The position numbers and the translations under genes are program-made. 64,000 nucleotides of DNA from Mobula hypostoma (Eukaryota), in contig NC_086112.1 in NCBI RefSeq assembly GCF_963921235.1, positions 3,472,001 through 3,536,000 of the forward strand, read 5' to 3'. The notes under the pieces are model-generated. The model had not been told where the DNA came from, searched no databases, and worked only from the letters and a program-made list of their open reading frames with translations. This document shows, in pieces, positions 27,541-41,002 of the stretch (the first letter of the stretch is position 1; each line of letters starts with the position of its first letter).

Positions 27541-27840
27541 NNNNNNNNNNNNNNNNNNNNNNNNNNNNNNNNNNNNNNNNNNNNNNNNNNNNNNNNNNNN
27601 NNNNNNNNNNNNNNNNNNNNNNNNNNNNNNNNNNNNNNNNNNNNNNNNNNNNNNNNNNNNNNNNNNNNNNNNNNNNNNNNNNNNNNNNNNNNNNNNNNNN
27701 NNNNNNNNNNNNNNNNAGTGAGAGCTAGAGGGAGGAGAGATAGAGTGAGGGGAGAGAGAGTAAGAGAGATAAAAGAGAGAGGGATAGAGGTAGATAGATA
27801 GATAGATGGAGAGAGAGAGAGAGAGAGACGGAGAAAGAAG
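27541..27840. repeat. N block and GA/GATA-rich microsatellite
   Basis: N at 27541-27716 followed by purine-rich GA repeats. Confidence 0.8.
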
Positions 27841-28368
27841 ATAATAAAGACAAACTGCAAGAGCAAATAGCCAGGACGTAGATATATATCTCTGTTAGTT
27901 GTCAATGAACGTTAACGTGGCTTTGCCATGTAAACCGAGTGTATGTGTGTGTGGGGGGGGGCGGGGGGGGGGGAATCGATACCTGACTCAATGGTTTGGG
28001 CAATGTTTTATCCCGCCAAGCAATGATATTATCACCCTTGAACGTTATACGCTGCAGAAGTCTTCCTAAATCAAAACAAACAGCTCCCTTATAGAACGTA
28101 CTTCTCTATTTTAAAAAATCACTCCTTTGCGAATGGGCAGCTTAATAGCGGCATAACATCCCGATTTTTAATCCACCGCCGCGGCTCGATCTGAGATTCG
28201 AGGCATGTACATTGACAATTATGCAGCCGTCATCTCGCCGGGTAACTGTCTTGAGCTTGATACCTGACCTGTATTTGGTCTTTTGAGGGAACAGAGTGGA
28301 TATGTGCGGGTGGAGGGACCGTGAAGTGTCTTGATCGTGGCGGCTGGGCTAGGAGAGCTGGGGCAGAC

Positions 28369-28369
<1 letters not shown>

Positions 28370-28416
<47 letters not shown>
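28370..28416. repeat. (GT)n(GA)n microsatellite
   Basis: Visible in sequence. Confidence 0.9.
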
Positions 28417-28417
<1 letters not shown>

Positions 28418-28693
28418 AGTCACAATATTTTGTTTTATTTTACTCCAAACCCGTTCTTTTAAAAATTAGATCCACTCGTCACCTACAGAACGATTATATG
28501 AACCTGTTTTATGAATCGATAAATGAAGAAAATATGTCTGTAATCCAGCAATATTGCTGACAAAGCAAATTAACAAGTGTTACTCCAACTTTATCGTATC
28601 CTACCCTTTACATCACCCTCCTCAACAGGCAAACAGACACATAGACTTTTATCTGCAAGATAAACGTTTCTAGAGTGTAACCTTTAGTCTTAT

Positions 28694-28977
28694 TAGAACA
28701 TAGAACAAGAACAGGCCCTTCGGCCCACAATGTGATGCCAGTTAAAGTAAATCAGTAATCAACCAGGCAACCTAATTAATCCCCTCTGCCTACACAATAC
28801 CCATATCCTTCCATTTACCTCACATTCATTCTAAGAGTCTCGTAAATGTGCAGAAGGTGCAACTCCTCCACCACCCTGGGGAGAGTACCCACTACTCTCT
28901 CTTTGTAAAATCTTTGCCCCTCACATGTCCTTTGAAATTACCCTCTTCTCGCCTGAGATGCATGCCCTATTGGTATG
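28694..28977 (-). mobile_element. Old CR1/HER1-like LINE 3' fragment
   Basis: tagaacatagaac tail and acaggcccttcggcccac; decayed similarity to the 3' ends of the CR1 copies at 51.3-52.3 kb and 58.8 kb. Confidence 0.7.
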
Positions 28978-31900
28978 ATGCCATGCCATATGTGTGTACT
29001 TCTGAAGAATGTGATCAAATGGATTAATGATTATTAATGCAGAAGTATTGGGGGTTATTAATCTAACACGAGTCGTCGGCTATTAATAATCCACAATTTC
29101 ACTGTGTTTTTTTGTACTGGGTACTAACTTTTCACTATTTGCAAAGTAAGCGGCCTTCCTTCCCACGGACAACAATTTTGTTATTTTTTTCAGTTAAGTA
29201 AGTAGCTATTCTCTCTCCCTTTATTGAGAGAACAGGCCGCTAATGGTGTAATAGAGTTCCTCAAGGTTGACACGGCAGGAATCTGGGTTGTGCTCTCCCT
29301 TATGAAGATAGTGAAGTGCGTGATGTGAACTTTTTGAGGGTGATTTTTTTTTTCTTCGTTTATAGAGTGGGTGGACGCTGGAGCTCGGATTCCTCGATGT
29401 GGAGTTTGAAACGTTTTCCTGACAAGTGGCTGTAATAAATGAGAGTCGCTTTCAGATGGATATCTCAGACGTGAAATTGCGCCCAGCTGGTTATATACGC
29501 AAACAAATAGTTTCATGTAAGACTCTCGACTTGCCGGTTGATGAATAGAACACGACATCGGTAAATGGGTCTTTAACTCATTTAGGAATAAAACTATTGG
29601 CTCTCTAAGTGGAAGACACGGAGACGCCATGTATCCAGAACAAGCCGCTATTTAAAAAAAAAGCAGGTTTATTAGTTTCCACACCCTCGCCCACATTTTT
29701 GCCATTAATTCCAAATGTCACTCAATTACAATGGACACCAGATAATCAGTGCAAGAACTGAACGAGCTCTAGCTTCGTGTGTGGAGGTAACTAGATTTGC
29801 TTTAGGGAAATACTTGGTTCGAAAGTGCGAGAACTTGGAAGGTAAACGTAGTTTTCCAATTTGCCTGTAAAATTAAACCACATTCTTTTCGACAACCACG
29901 ATGGAGGCGGGAGACGCCCAATTGAGTGTTTTAAAAACAAACTACTTTTCAGGATTAGTCCCATACCCTTGTTTTCTCTAAAATCATATTGAATATAACA
30001 CCATGGGATTCGCCCTATAGATTAAAATCAGGCCGATCAAATATCGTTTTAATTTGTTATTTCTTAAAAGCGTGCTGGGACAGCATAAGAGAAGTGGAAA
30101 AGTTAGGCAGTGAAAGTGGGCAGGTGGACTGGAAATAAATTAATTTCGCTCATCTGGAAGTATAATAAAGATATATTTAAGAGAAATGGGCCACACAACA
30201 GGCAGTCTCTACATAGTTAACTCCCTTGGGGACATAAGTTTTTTTTTTGTTTTTTTAAACAAACTCCAACTAAGAGTACACCTGAAAACACTAGATAATC
30301 CATTTGAGAGACCGAAATCAGCCCAAAATAAAAATGCGGTTATGGAATGGAGGGGAAGCGATGGATGATGTACTGATATTAATTTTAAAGTTTCAAAGCA
30401 AAACCTCGGAAAAAATCAAAAACGTAAGTGGTTAAAGGACGCTTAAATAGTGGAGAAGAGAAGACAATTGAGTCTTCAAGATAAATTCGGTGTGAAAGTC
30501 CAGGCGAAGTGGGGAAAGAGGGGAAAGAGATGTTCTCGGAATGCTTCAGGAGCCTATGCTTAAGAATTCGGAGACGATGGGCTCTTTTGGAAAGTATTAT
30601 CCTAATAGTGGGAAAGATAAGACGAGGTATTTAAAAAGAGAATTCGGATAAACTGAGATTAGGAATTAATAGTTATGATAATTAAGTGGGAAAGGATGGG
30701 ATGGGATAACGATAGAAACCCAGTGAATACTTCGTCCAACAGCTCTATAATTTGACAGAATGTGCTTTCCGAATTTTAAATAATAACAAGTGAAACGTTT
30801 CTTCTGAAAGAATAAACCGTATTTGCAAAATGAACATCATTTATTATAAGAACAATACACGGCTGGTTTAATATTTTATTAAAAGTACACTAACATAGTT
30901 GAATACATAAGCTCATCCTGTATTTAATAGTTATACTCATTTCCAGGTTACTTTATGCGTTGATAGTGAAATCACCTCCTTCGTCTACCACCAGATTCCC
31001 TCCCCCAACACGGTTACACCCCCACCCAAATAAAAATAAAGACCAGCTTTTCAATTTCACTTGCTGTGCTCGGGATATCTTATTGCTCCAGCCGCTGCCT
31101 CATCCCACTTCCAAACCATCCTTTAAAATGAGTAGACTTTTGGATTAATTTGTGAAACATCCCTCCTTCATTCAGGCCTTAGAATTCATTCCTAAAGCAT
31201 GATACCAATCCATTCTCTCATGTTAACCGTGCTGCGGAGGCAATGGTTAAAAGTCACGATGTCACAGCATGTTAAATTCTTCTCAGTGAAATGATTTGAA
31301 ATTAAAAATTAAATCACTTGCAAAAAAAGTATATATTTCAATAGGAAAGGACCAAGGGGGTATTTAAATATGGAAATTGTAGTGTGTGGGAAAAGTGTTT
31401 ACGTCCAAAATTTTCAGAATTTTGATAGAAAGGAGACTTCGTGGTACTTAAGGTCAGCTAACTATCACCAAGATAAGTAGTTAAAGAACAACTTCCAAGA
31501 TATGAGAGTACAATCTAGGTACCAGGCCATATTCCGTAAAAATCACAGTTTTTAAAAAAATCTTGACTACAGAAATTAAGGTACGGATTTGTCTCCAAGA
31601 TGATTCAATTTTGTTTTTTTTTTGCTTCACATGTAAATACCGAAATTGGTCAGAAGAAAATATTGTTTTCAGATGCATCTAAAATCCTTTCAAGGCCGCC
31701 ATGTTTGCTATCCTCTGGTACAGAGCCTGGCTTCACGTGGTGTTAAAATATTTGATTGGACTACGACTTTTTCCAAGAAATGGACTATCTTTAAAGTAAA
31801 TATGTTCGTCAATCTCCCACCCCGCCCCCGCCCCCAATACAGCTGGTGTTTGACTCGGCCTGAATCAGAAATACATCGTCAAACGCATCAAGTAAATGTC

Positions 31901-33479
31901 GGATGTAGATATCTAGAGTTTGAAATTAACCTTCCGTACCAGTTTAAATGTTGATATTTTGTAATTATGATCTGGACTTTGCTTTTGAAAGGACTATTAA
32001 TATTTGAATATTCAAATTCAATTGCAATGGTGGGAAAACCTATCAAAGCGATTCAGCCGCATTTCTTAAATAGAAAATGCAATTAAACTAACAAGGGAAC
32101 ATTTTGAGAATAGAACCGGTTTGGGTTTAGATTCTGACATCTTCTTAGTTTCGCAAAATGTCTGCACAGATTTAAAGTGGTCGGTGGTGAAATTAAACAC
32201 TGTCAGTTATTAAACGGTAATATGCTGAATGTACAAATATGATTTAAGTATAAAGATAGATGGACTGGCGTATTTACATAGTGACAGATCGGCTAGCTCA
32301 GTGGTCAACAGCCAACAGCAAGCCAGTGAGTGCCTGTAGGATGGAAAAGCGCGGTATGAAAAGGATGGCTTTGCCACACATACTGGGATCAACTCTTACA
32401 CCTCACAATCAGAGCCATGAATTAGAAGAGAATTGTTTATAAAGGTGAACTCAAACAAATAATTAGAAACAGATTAAAAATAGAATTAAAATATATTTTG
32501 GAACACAACTACTACTCCACGGTTCCTGACAAGAATTACCACGGGACGCCCTGCCTACTCTGTACTAACAAGTTTTAAAAGTGTCTTAATTGGATTTAAC
32601 GGTGAAACAATGAAAAATCATTTTCTATCAGGGCTTTGATGTCGATAGGCGGCCGTACAAGGGTTATGTAAAAGTCGGGTTTGGAGGAACTAGGGGCCTT
32701 AAGAGCGACGCTCGCAGCGACGACAGACAATAAAAAAGGTGTAGTCAGGACACTGAAACTACCCTGCATAATGTTAAGTGTAACAAGGTTGCGTGTCTTT
32801 TTTATATAGTACCTCATCTTGATTGAGAAGGCATGTATATAAAGTGTTATTGCATACGTTGTCTTTTACTGCCGATAAACATGGGCAGGGAAATGTACAG
32901 AGACAATCCATTTATACGTTAATTATTCCATCTAAAAGAGTCTATGGCCATCGCCTTGTGCATCACGCGGCTTTGCGACTAGAATGTTAAAAACCCCAAG
33001 CGGCCAGAGAGCAGGTTCTCGTTAAATGTAAATAGAAATAGAGAGCTTNNNNNNNNNNNNNNNNNNNNNNNNNNNNNNNNNNNNNNNNNNNNNNNNNNNN
33101 NNNNNNNNNNNNNNNNNNNNNNNNNNNNNNNNNNNNNNNNNNNNNNNNNNNNNNNNNNNNNNNNNNNNNNNNNNNNNNNNNNNNNNNNNNNNNNNNNNNN
33201 NNGCACACAGTCACTCTCTCTCTCTCTCGGCTTCTCCATGCGCCCAGCGCAGCTTCACCCTGACTTGGCTGTTACGTTTAATTTCGATGCAGAGTTGTTA
33301 AAAGAAAGCTCTCCCATGACAGTGTGTGCTAGAGCTCTGACCCGGATTATAAAACATTAATGCGTGCAGCTACTGGATTCTACAACAGCAGCAAAGCACA
33401 ACAGTCTTTACATCTACACTGTTTGGAAGTGATAGTGTTTTCTAACCTTCTTCCGCATATTATTTTATCCTGATATTAC

Positions 33480-34843
33480 CAGCATATGACTTTAATGGTC
33501 TTATTGAGAGCATGAGGAGGGGAACAAGAAATTTATATGATCATTAAGGCCCTGCGTATTATTTTCTATTATTCTCTGGGGTGGGGGTCTTCTACAATAT
33601 ATACTGTCGATCGTCGAACTGAGAACGACACCGCCAGTGAACAGATAAATAACACAGACACATCTACAATAGATCTCTTTTATATCACTTTTGTAACTGT
33701 TCCAACATAACAACCATGTTTTTACAAGAATATTCCGTCATACCCATGGAACAACGCCACAGTACAGCGTTTGCAAGATTATAGCGCCTGTACCTTTTTG
33801 CTAGACGTTGTTTTTTTTCTTTTAAAGTCTACAGGTAAACAGCCTTGGTGGTAATGATAGGAAGATTTGGTTACATGATTAGAAACCAGGGGAGGAAATG
33901 GTGATTTAAACACTTCGGGGGTTTCAAGGGGGAAATATAGTTTTTATTTCACGTGGAATGTCGGATACAATGCGGAGGTGGGATGGGGCAGTTCTGATAA
34001 GCAAACTTAAACTTTAATCAATGTATATCAGCAACTTCAGCCAAACTAATTCCAGAGCTCATGGAGACTTTTGTGAAATCAAAGACAGAAGTGCCTTGGA
34101 CACTCAGAACAAACCACAGGGACAATAGCAATCCGCATAGAATGCAAATGCTCTTTAGAGGGCCCACTGGTGAGAGTTTAAAAACACGTTTCTCTATTAG
34201 CATTTTGGAGTGCTCTCTTTAATACCCGATCACTTTTTTAAAACGTCAGCTTCGCCAATACTGCAGGCTAATTGGTACGCTTAAAGCGACAAAGTTTCTC
34301 TTTTTAAAAAATGTTGTACTAATTTTTTATTTACTTGTTTAATTCTGATTTCAATTTTAATTCTTGGAGAACATAGTTTTGACGACATGAATCGCAATCG
34401 TTATATGAAGCAAAAGGTCATATAAAAATTAGTATAGAATCACAGAAAACCTGGTTTGGAACCAGAAAAAAAAATACAAAACAGATATAGATACACAGAC
34501 ACAGGACAAATTTTATAATTATTTGGAAAATGTTATTTTCCCCTAATTTCTGATTTGTTTTAAAATGCGCATACGATGTCTTTTTAATTTTACAAAAAGA
34601 AAATAAAGACTAATATCTTACAAAATGATAAACAATGCTTGCGGTAAGTGTGGTTCTACATATGATGCAGTCCAGTTTCTTTTCACAGAATAAATCCCAC
34701 AGTCAACAGCTTGGCCTCTTGGAAGGTCCGTTTATTTTCACAGATAACATCCTATAGGAACTTTCAAGTCCTTGAATAGAGAGGGAGTCTCGCCTAAAAT
34801 GCTTTTGTTTTTTTTTTGTTTGGGGAGGGATATCCTTCCCTCA
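33480..34843 (-). other. nr2f1: Probable nr2f1 3' UTR (3' end uncertain)
   Basis: AU-rich, repeat-free sequence after the stop codon. Candidate minus-strand poly(A) signals: AATAAA at 34731-34736, 34326-34331 and 33943-33948, and ATTAAA at 33491-33496. Confidence 0.55.
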
Positions 34844-35118
34844 TCATTGGATGGACATATAAGGCCAGTTGAAGCTGCTGCCCGACAGTAACATATCTCT
34901 GATGAGGGTTTCAATCGGTGTTTTACCTACCAAGCGAACGAAGAAGAGCTGTTCGATGACCGAGGAGGAGACGGTACGAAGAGAAGGCAGTCGCAGTAAG
35001 AGCTTGCCGAAGCGGCTCGGCTGGTTGGGGTACTGGCTCCTCACGTACTCCTCTAAAGCACACTGAGATTTCTCCTGTAGGCTCTCTATGTGGGCAGCAT
35101 CCGACAGGCCACAGGCAT
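34844..35118 (-). CDS. nr2f1: COUP-TFI coding exon 3 (C-terminal ligand-binding domain and AF-2)
   Basis: AAG acceptor ending at 35119. Translates as [48 protein letters not shown]...NWPYMSIQ, then TGA followed by a second TGA. Total CDS 445+528+275=1248 nt, 415 aa, with consistent splice phases. Confidence 0.97.
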
Positions 35119-36254
35119 CTTGACAGCCGAAGAAAAACAGAATTAGTGCCGCTATCAGCTCATCTTTTGTTTTATTTTAATCCTGGTTTATTGTTTTGAT
35201 ATCAATNNNNNNNNNNNNNNNNNNNNNNNNNNNNNNNNNNNNNNNNNNNNNNNNNNNNNNNNNNNNNNNNNNNNNNNNNNNNNNNNNNNNNNNNNNNNNN
35301 NNNNNNNNNNNNNNNNNNNNNNNNNNNNNNNNNNNNNNNNNNNNNNNNNNNNNNNNNNNNNNNNNNATCTGATAACACGGATCTTTTTGTTGTAAATATT
35401 TCGGTCTGATGGCAAAAAAAAGGCAGCAGAAACATTGGATTAAACGTAACAAAGGCACTCTTAAATAATAAGTACAGATGCACGCCATTTCCCGCAGAGA
35501 ACCGAGCCAGGGACACCAGTGTCCGGAAACATGGTGTGATAGATACTAATGTGTGTTATTGTTTACACCACACGTTAACACATACTTTCTGTGCATTCCA
35601 CTGCATTGCAGTGTTTTTCCTTAATTGTATAGAATGCACTGTATAATCGAGTACCGAAATATGTTTAAAATCTGAAATAAACAAGACGTGGTGTCCATAA
35701 AGGCAGCCCTCACGTAAAAAGAACAATCAGAATATGCTTTGAAAGCTCTCCTTTATATCGGCACTTTGGTGCGGCTGCTGTGCTAACGCAAGAGGTTATA
35801 TTCTCTTCAGCACTTTCCAATGAATATAGAAATACAGCTAACGAAGACCAGGCCAGTCCCAGTGACAGTAGGCCGGGATTGTGCGTGAATGTTCTGCAAA
35901 ATGACATTTGGTGGATGAAAATAATCCAGTGTAGTAGAGCCTGATATTTGCTGGAGCCTGCATTATTTGAAATATTTTGTGGAATAAAAGGGGCAATCAT
36001 ACTTGATTTCAAGATAAGGTACAGGGCTATTTGAAAACATTTTAATTTATCTGCTGGGAAACCATATTTTGGCATATAAATTAGTGCCAAAGCAAAAAAA
36101 AATAGGAAGTTTAGGTCACGACCCAGCACTTGGAGAGCATCCAGTTGGAGAGGTTGAAAAATACTATCCAGAAAGCTAAGACAACCCCATAGCAGTCCTT
36201 CCGTAGGCTTCAGTAACTTCAAGCGGCCCTCCCTAGCAGGCCAACGAGTGTAGA

Positions 36255-36299
36255 GGAGAGAGAGAGAGGGAGAGCGAGAGAGAGAAAGAGACAGAGAGA

Positions 36300-36341
<42 letters not shown>

Positions 36342-36352
36342 CAGAGAGAGAA
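36255..36352. repeat. (GA)n/(GT)n microsatellite in nr2f1 intron 2
   Basis: Visible in sequence. Confidence 0.9.
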
Positions 36353-36871
36353 ACGCACCCTCTCGATTGTCTGAAAGCTCTTCGCTTTGGAGAACTTGGA
36401 CAGCTTTGAGAAAGGCTTCCCATGAATTCCCCTCTGGCTAAAAATCAAAACAAGTTCGGTCAAAACTAGTCGCGGTGGTGGGGAGGCGAATGGAAGTGAT
36501 GGTGGTATTGCAGATCTAAAGCATTGGAACAGATCTATGTCATTAATTTTAAGTCATATTCAATCAGTTCCCTCTTGTTTTACACTTCAGTTACTAAGTT
36601 TTGATTTACCAACAGATCAGGAGGGAATAATATGTGAACATGTTGGGACTGTGAAAAGACGACTAATTTGTGATATTTACTAATCACTTTCCTGTTTATA
36701 TTAGATTAAGTTATTTAATAAAATATGCTTGATAATATACATTATTGGTATAATGCTCAACTTTAGCATTCTATACATAAAACTGTAACCTATACTGTGA
36801 AAAGCATTATTGATTTAGATCCAATTTACTGAACTTTCTGTCCCCTTCACCCTGTTTTTCATTTCGAACTA

Positions 36872-37501
<630 letters not shown>

Positions 37502-38109
37502 TTACATTTTTAAAACTCCGCAAATAATCAGTGTAATTTCTCCATGCAAAATTTCAGTACGCAACATGATACAAATTAAACGTATAAAAATCAGTAAATA
37601 CTAAATATAGCTTTACCCGTTGAAGCAGACCACATTATGTCTGTTAAACTAATCCGAAGCACAGAACATTGCCTAAAGAATCGCTGGATTGCAAAAAAAA
37701 CTCCCCCAAACTGTACCACCCACCCACGGTTACAATTGGAAAATTCTCCAAACATCTAATGCATGAATGCAAACGATTAACTTACAATTACAGGGGGGGA
37801 AAAGACCGATATATTAACCATTTGAATCCACAAAAATCTGCAGCCATGCTTGCGATTGTTAAACTCTGTCAACTTTGAAGCTGGGAGTTGTAGAATATTT
37901 TTTAACTGAAGCTGCAATATACGTTTTAAGGATCTCCACTGGCCACCAGCATCTTTTTCAGAATTAATTGTATTTTGCAATAAACTGGTTAGATTACTCT
38001 GCTATAGAACGTGTAAACGCCAAAGCATTTGATAAGACTGAACCATAACCACGCAGTAAGAGATTTCTGAATTCACATTTACAGCAATGATTAGCAAATA
38101 AATATTCAC

Positions 38110-38554
38110 CTTCCCGTCTCATTCCAACTTTCAGGCATTTCTTCAGGCGACAGTATTGACACTGATTACGGTGGTGCTGGTCTATAGGACAATTCCGGTT
38201 GGCACGACAAGTGTACGTTAAGTTTCGCCGAACACTTCTCTTAAAGAAACTTTTACAGCCCTCGCATGTGAACTGGCCGTAATGTTTGCCGCTGGATTTA
38301 TCCCCGCACACCACACACTCGATGTGCTGCTGCTGTTGGCTCGGCTGCTGTTTCTCTCCGCCTGGCTGGACGCTCTGACTGCTGCCTCCGAGCGGGGTGG
38401 ATGGCGGACCCGGCTGGCCCGGGGTCTGCGGCGTGTGAGGGGCTCCCGACGTCGCCTGCTGCTGCTGGCCTGGCTGCGCTTGTGCAGACTGGCCGCTCTG
38501 AGCTCCGGCCACGTCGTCCTGAGGATCTCGCCAAGTACTAACTACCATTGCCAT
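38110..38554 (-). CDS. nr2f1: COUP-TFI nuclear receptor, coding exon 1 (N-terminal A/B region and C4 zinc-finger DNA-binding domain)
   Basis: ATG at 38554 gives [17 protein letters not shown]...[74 protein letters not shown] donor at 38109 (phase 1). DDVAG and NLTYTC are NR2F1-type residues. Confidence 0.97.
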
Positions 38555-38654
38555 ATCTCGGCCCCAAAAAGTGCGGGAAAACAAGTTGATCGCACGGGGT
38601 TTTTTTTTGTGTCCTGTTGGTAGGGAGCAGAATTGGACGGTGGTAACAGAAACG

Positions 38655-38920
38655 AAGAGAGAGAGAGAGGGAGGGAGGGAAAGAGAGAGAAAGAGAGAGA
38701 GGAAGAGAGAAAAAAGGAATACAACTGCGATCAANNNNNNNNNNNNNNNNNNNNNNNNNNNNNNNNNNNNNNNNNNNNNNNNNNNNNNNNNNNNNNNNNN
38801 NNNNNNNNNNNNNNNNNNNNNNNNNNNNNNNNNNNNNNNNNNNNNNNNNNNNNNNNNNNNNNNNNNNNNNNNNNNNNNNNNNNNNNNNNNNNNNNNNNNN
38901 NNNNNNNNNNNNNNNNNNNN
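38655..38920. repeat. GA-rich tract and N block in the inferred nr2f1 5' UTR
   Basis: GA repeats at 38655-38712; N at 38735-38920. Confidence 0.8.
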
Positions 38921-38987
38921 GTGAGTGTTGATCAACAGTAGCTTAAACAAATGAGCACCAAAAATAAAGAATAAAAAAAGATCCCGA

Positions 38988-39041
38988 TCAGGGTGCGCAA
39001 GTGTCGGGAGGCCAGATCCAGGGCAACACGCAGTCAGCCAT
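38988..39041 (-). other. uORF (MADCVLPWIWPPDTCAP*) in the inferred 5' UTR
   Basis: ATG at 39041 with G at +4 and an in-frame TGA at 38988-38990. Lies between the inferred start site (~39470) and the main ATG. Confidence 0.5.
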
Positions 39042-39272
39042 TCAGGAAAGCAATATAGGAGGGAACGAGGGGTTAAAGATTATGGGAGTTGGGGGTGGGT
39101 GGTGGGGGGGGGGAGAAAAGAGACGGTCACAATTCGAAGGGACACACACAGCAAAAAAAAATAACCACGCGATCCGAAGTAAAGTATGGCGAGTGTTAAA
39201 TCCCTTCTTCTCCGAAGATCTGAATTGTCAGAGAAAAAAAACTCACCAAGACAAAAAAAAGGACGGCCGACG

Positions 39273-39299
39273 CTAAAACGCCCTATTTTCACCTCTCAT
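39273..39299 (-). other. Short uORF (MRGENRAF*) in the inferred 5' UTR
   Basis: ATG at 39299 in weak context, TAG at 39273-39275. Confidence 0.4.
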
Positions 39300-39419
39300 G
39301 CGGAGTGGAGAGAGAAAGGGAGGAAAGAAAAAACAACTAATAGAATATGCAAGGGGGAGAGAAAATGAATGCGTTTAAACGGGAAGACTAGCGGAGCAAT
39401 TTTTCCGAAAGGGGGATCT

Positions 39420-39650
39420 GCGCGAATGTCTGTATATAGTGAACTTTGACACTACTATTGAAACTGACACGTTTCTATGGAGATCGCTGCCTTATATGGA
39501 GTTCATGTCAAGGAGCCAAGAGAGGGGCTGTTGGCAACTGATAATCAAAGGCGACTGGTCATAGCCCTGAATTGGGGCTGGGGAGGCTAAGGTTAGCCAG
39601 CCTCCTGCTCACTATTGGTTAGCAGTCTTATTTATTACCTACGACGCTCT
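39420..39650 (-). promoter_or_regulatory. nr2f1 core promoter / transcription start region
   Basis: On the minus strand: CCAAT at 39614-39618 and 39571-39575, CCATATAAGG (TATA-like, also a CArG) at 39490-39499, then GTGTCAAAGTTCA (DR1) at 39440-39452. The order resembles mammalian COUP-TF promoters as I recall them. Confidence 0.8.
39440..39452 (-). promoter_or_regulatory. DR1 nuclear-receptor element (RAR/RXR and COUP-TF responsive)
   Basis: GTGTCA-A-AGTTCA just downstream of the TATA-like box. A DR1 retinoid element of this form is described in COUP-TF promoters. Confidence 0.75.
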
Positions 39651-40859
39651 GACAAGCAAAATTTACATTAGATCTCCTGCGCTGGTATTTACTTTAAGAC
39701 CTTATTAGTATGGGTCGCTTGTGGTCACCACAAAAAAGCAACACGAGGACCCGGTGCTCGTAATAAAACAAGGCGGCTAGCGGCCTCGAAATTTCAAATG
39801 ATCAGAAAAGTTAGTTAACAATCAAACTTTCTCTCTGTATTTTAGAGGACCATTGTTTGAAATAAATAAATAAAACGGGCACCTCCTGTCTTTTGTGTCA
39901 AAGGGAGAAAAATCACTCTTTTCTCTCTCTTGCAATATTAATTCGGTGAGCAACATTTTTATATGCTTCATTTTTATTCTGCTTTGGATTATGCTTTGAG
40001 GCCTCGCTCCAATGCCGGTGAGATTTCAGTTATGATTTGTAGAAGACGAAAAGTTACCATTGTCTTACAGACTGGGGTGCTGTGCTTCTAACTGTAGGAT
40101 AAGTCCAGCGGAAAGTGTTAACGTGCCTTGTATTTGACGTAAATTAAATCTCGGAACAGCTGTATCCGGCTGCCATCTAGCGTACAGTAGACAATTATCA
40201 AATATAATACACACACCCAGCCGGATAATCCACCAGATGGGCTTTTATTGAGGGATTTGTTTAATGCGAATAATTTATTGAATTTTAAAGTAAGTATTTT
40301 AAACTTTTAATCCAAATGTTATTAACCCTAAAATTTCAGAATTAATCATTATATGAGCGGGAAAAGCGAACCCTCTATTCAAATAGCACATATTATTATT
40401 TCTTATTGTTCCACTTGTTCTGCATAAAAGAAACTGCGAATTATTTCAAGATGCATCATCACCATCTATTTTCTACAACTTTGACATAACAATACATCTT
40501 TTCCCTACGAGAAGCAATCAGACCATCAGTGACAAACAGCGATCAGACGCACAATCCTTATGTTTGATAAATGTGCCCCTTCCTTACTCGTAATATTTAG
40601 TTTGTGCACAGGGCACAATATCCTAAAATCCAAGCATTTAGAGACCTTAAAAGATATTTTAGCAAGGTTTTTTTGCACAGCTTAACGTGGACACACGCAA
40701 ACGAATTTGCCCAACTGGTTTAATTTGAATGAAATAAGTTCAGTTCTTGCATATTGCCCTGATTAAATACTACATACAGTCGTATTGCATCCGCAGCCGC
40801 CGCTTTTGTATATGCATTGATGAAACGCTATTATTGACTATGCAACAGTGAACTTCGTC

Positions 40860-41002
40860 TTGTTCCCTCCCTTCCTCTCATTCTCTCTCCCCCTCTCTCT
40901 TTCCCTCTCCCTCTCCCTTTCCCACTCTCTCCCTCTCTCTCTCAATCTCTCTCTCTCTCTCTCTCTCTCGCTCTTCCCTCCCCCTCCCCTCTCTCTTTCT
41001 CT
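40860..41002. repeat. (CT)n-rich polypyrimidine tract
   Basis: Visible in sequence. Confidence 0.9.

Noticed and set aside
35710-36423. 237-aa ORF in nr2f1 intron 2
   Set aside because: Partly microsatellite-derived, no recognisable homology, no splice evidence.
37994-38109. ORF read-through past exon 1 (GEYLFANH...) and the MCCTAL... start before exon 2
   Set aside because: Intronic; canonical splice sites give the conserved protein.
38555-38950. N-terminal extension of NR2F1 implied by the 318-aa ORF
   Set aside because: Starts at a TTG and runs through Ns and CT repeats; the conserved start is MAMVVS at 38554.
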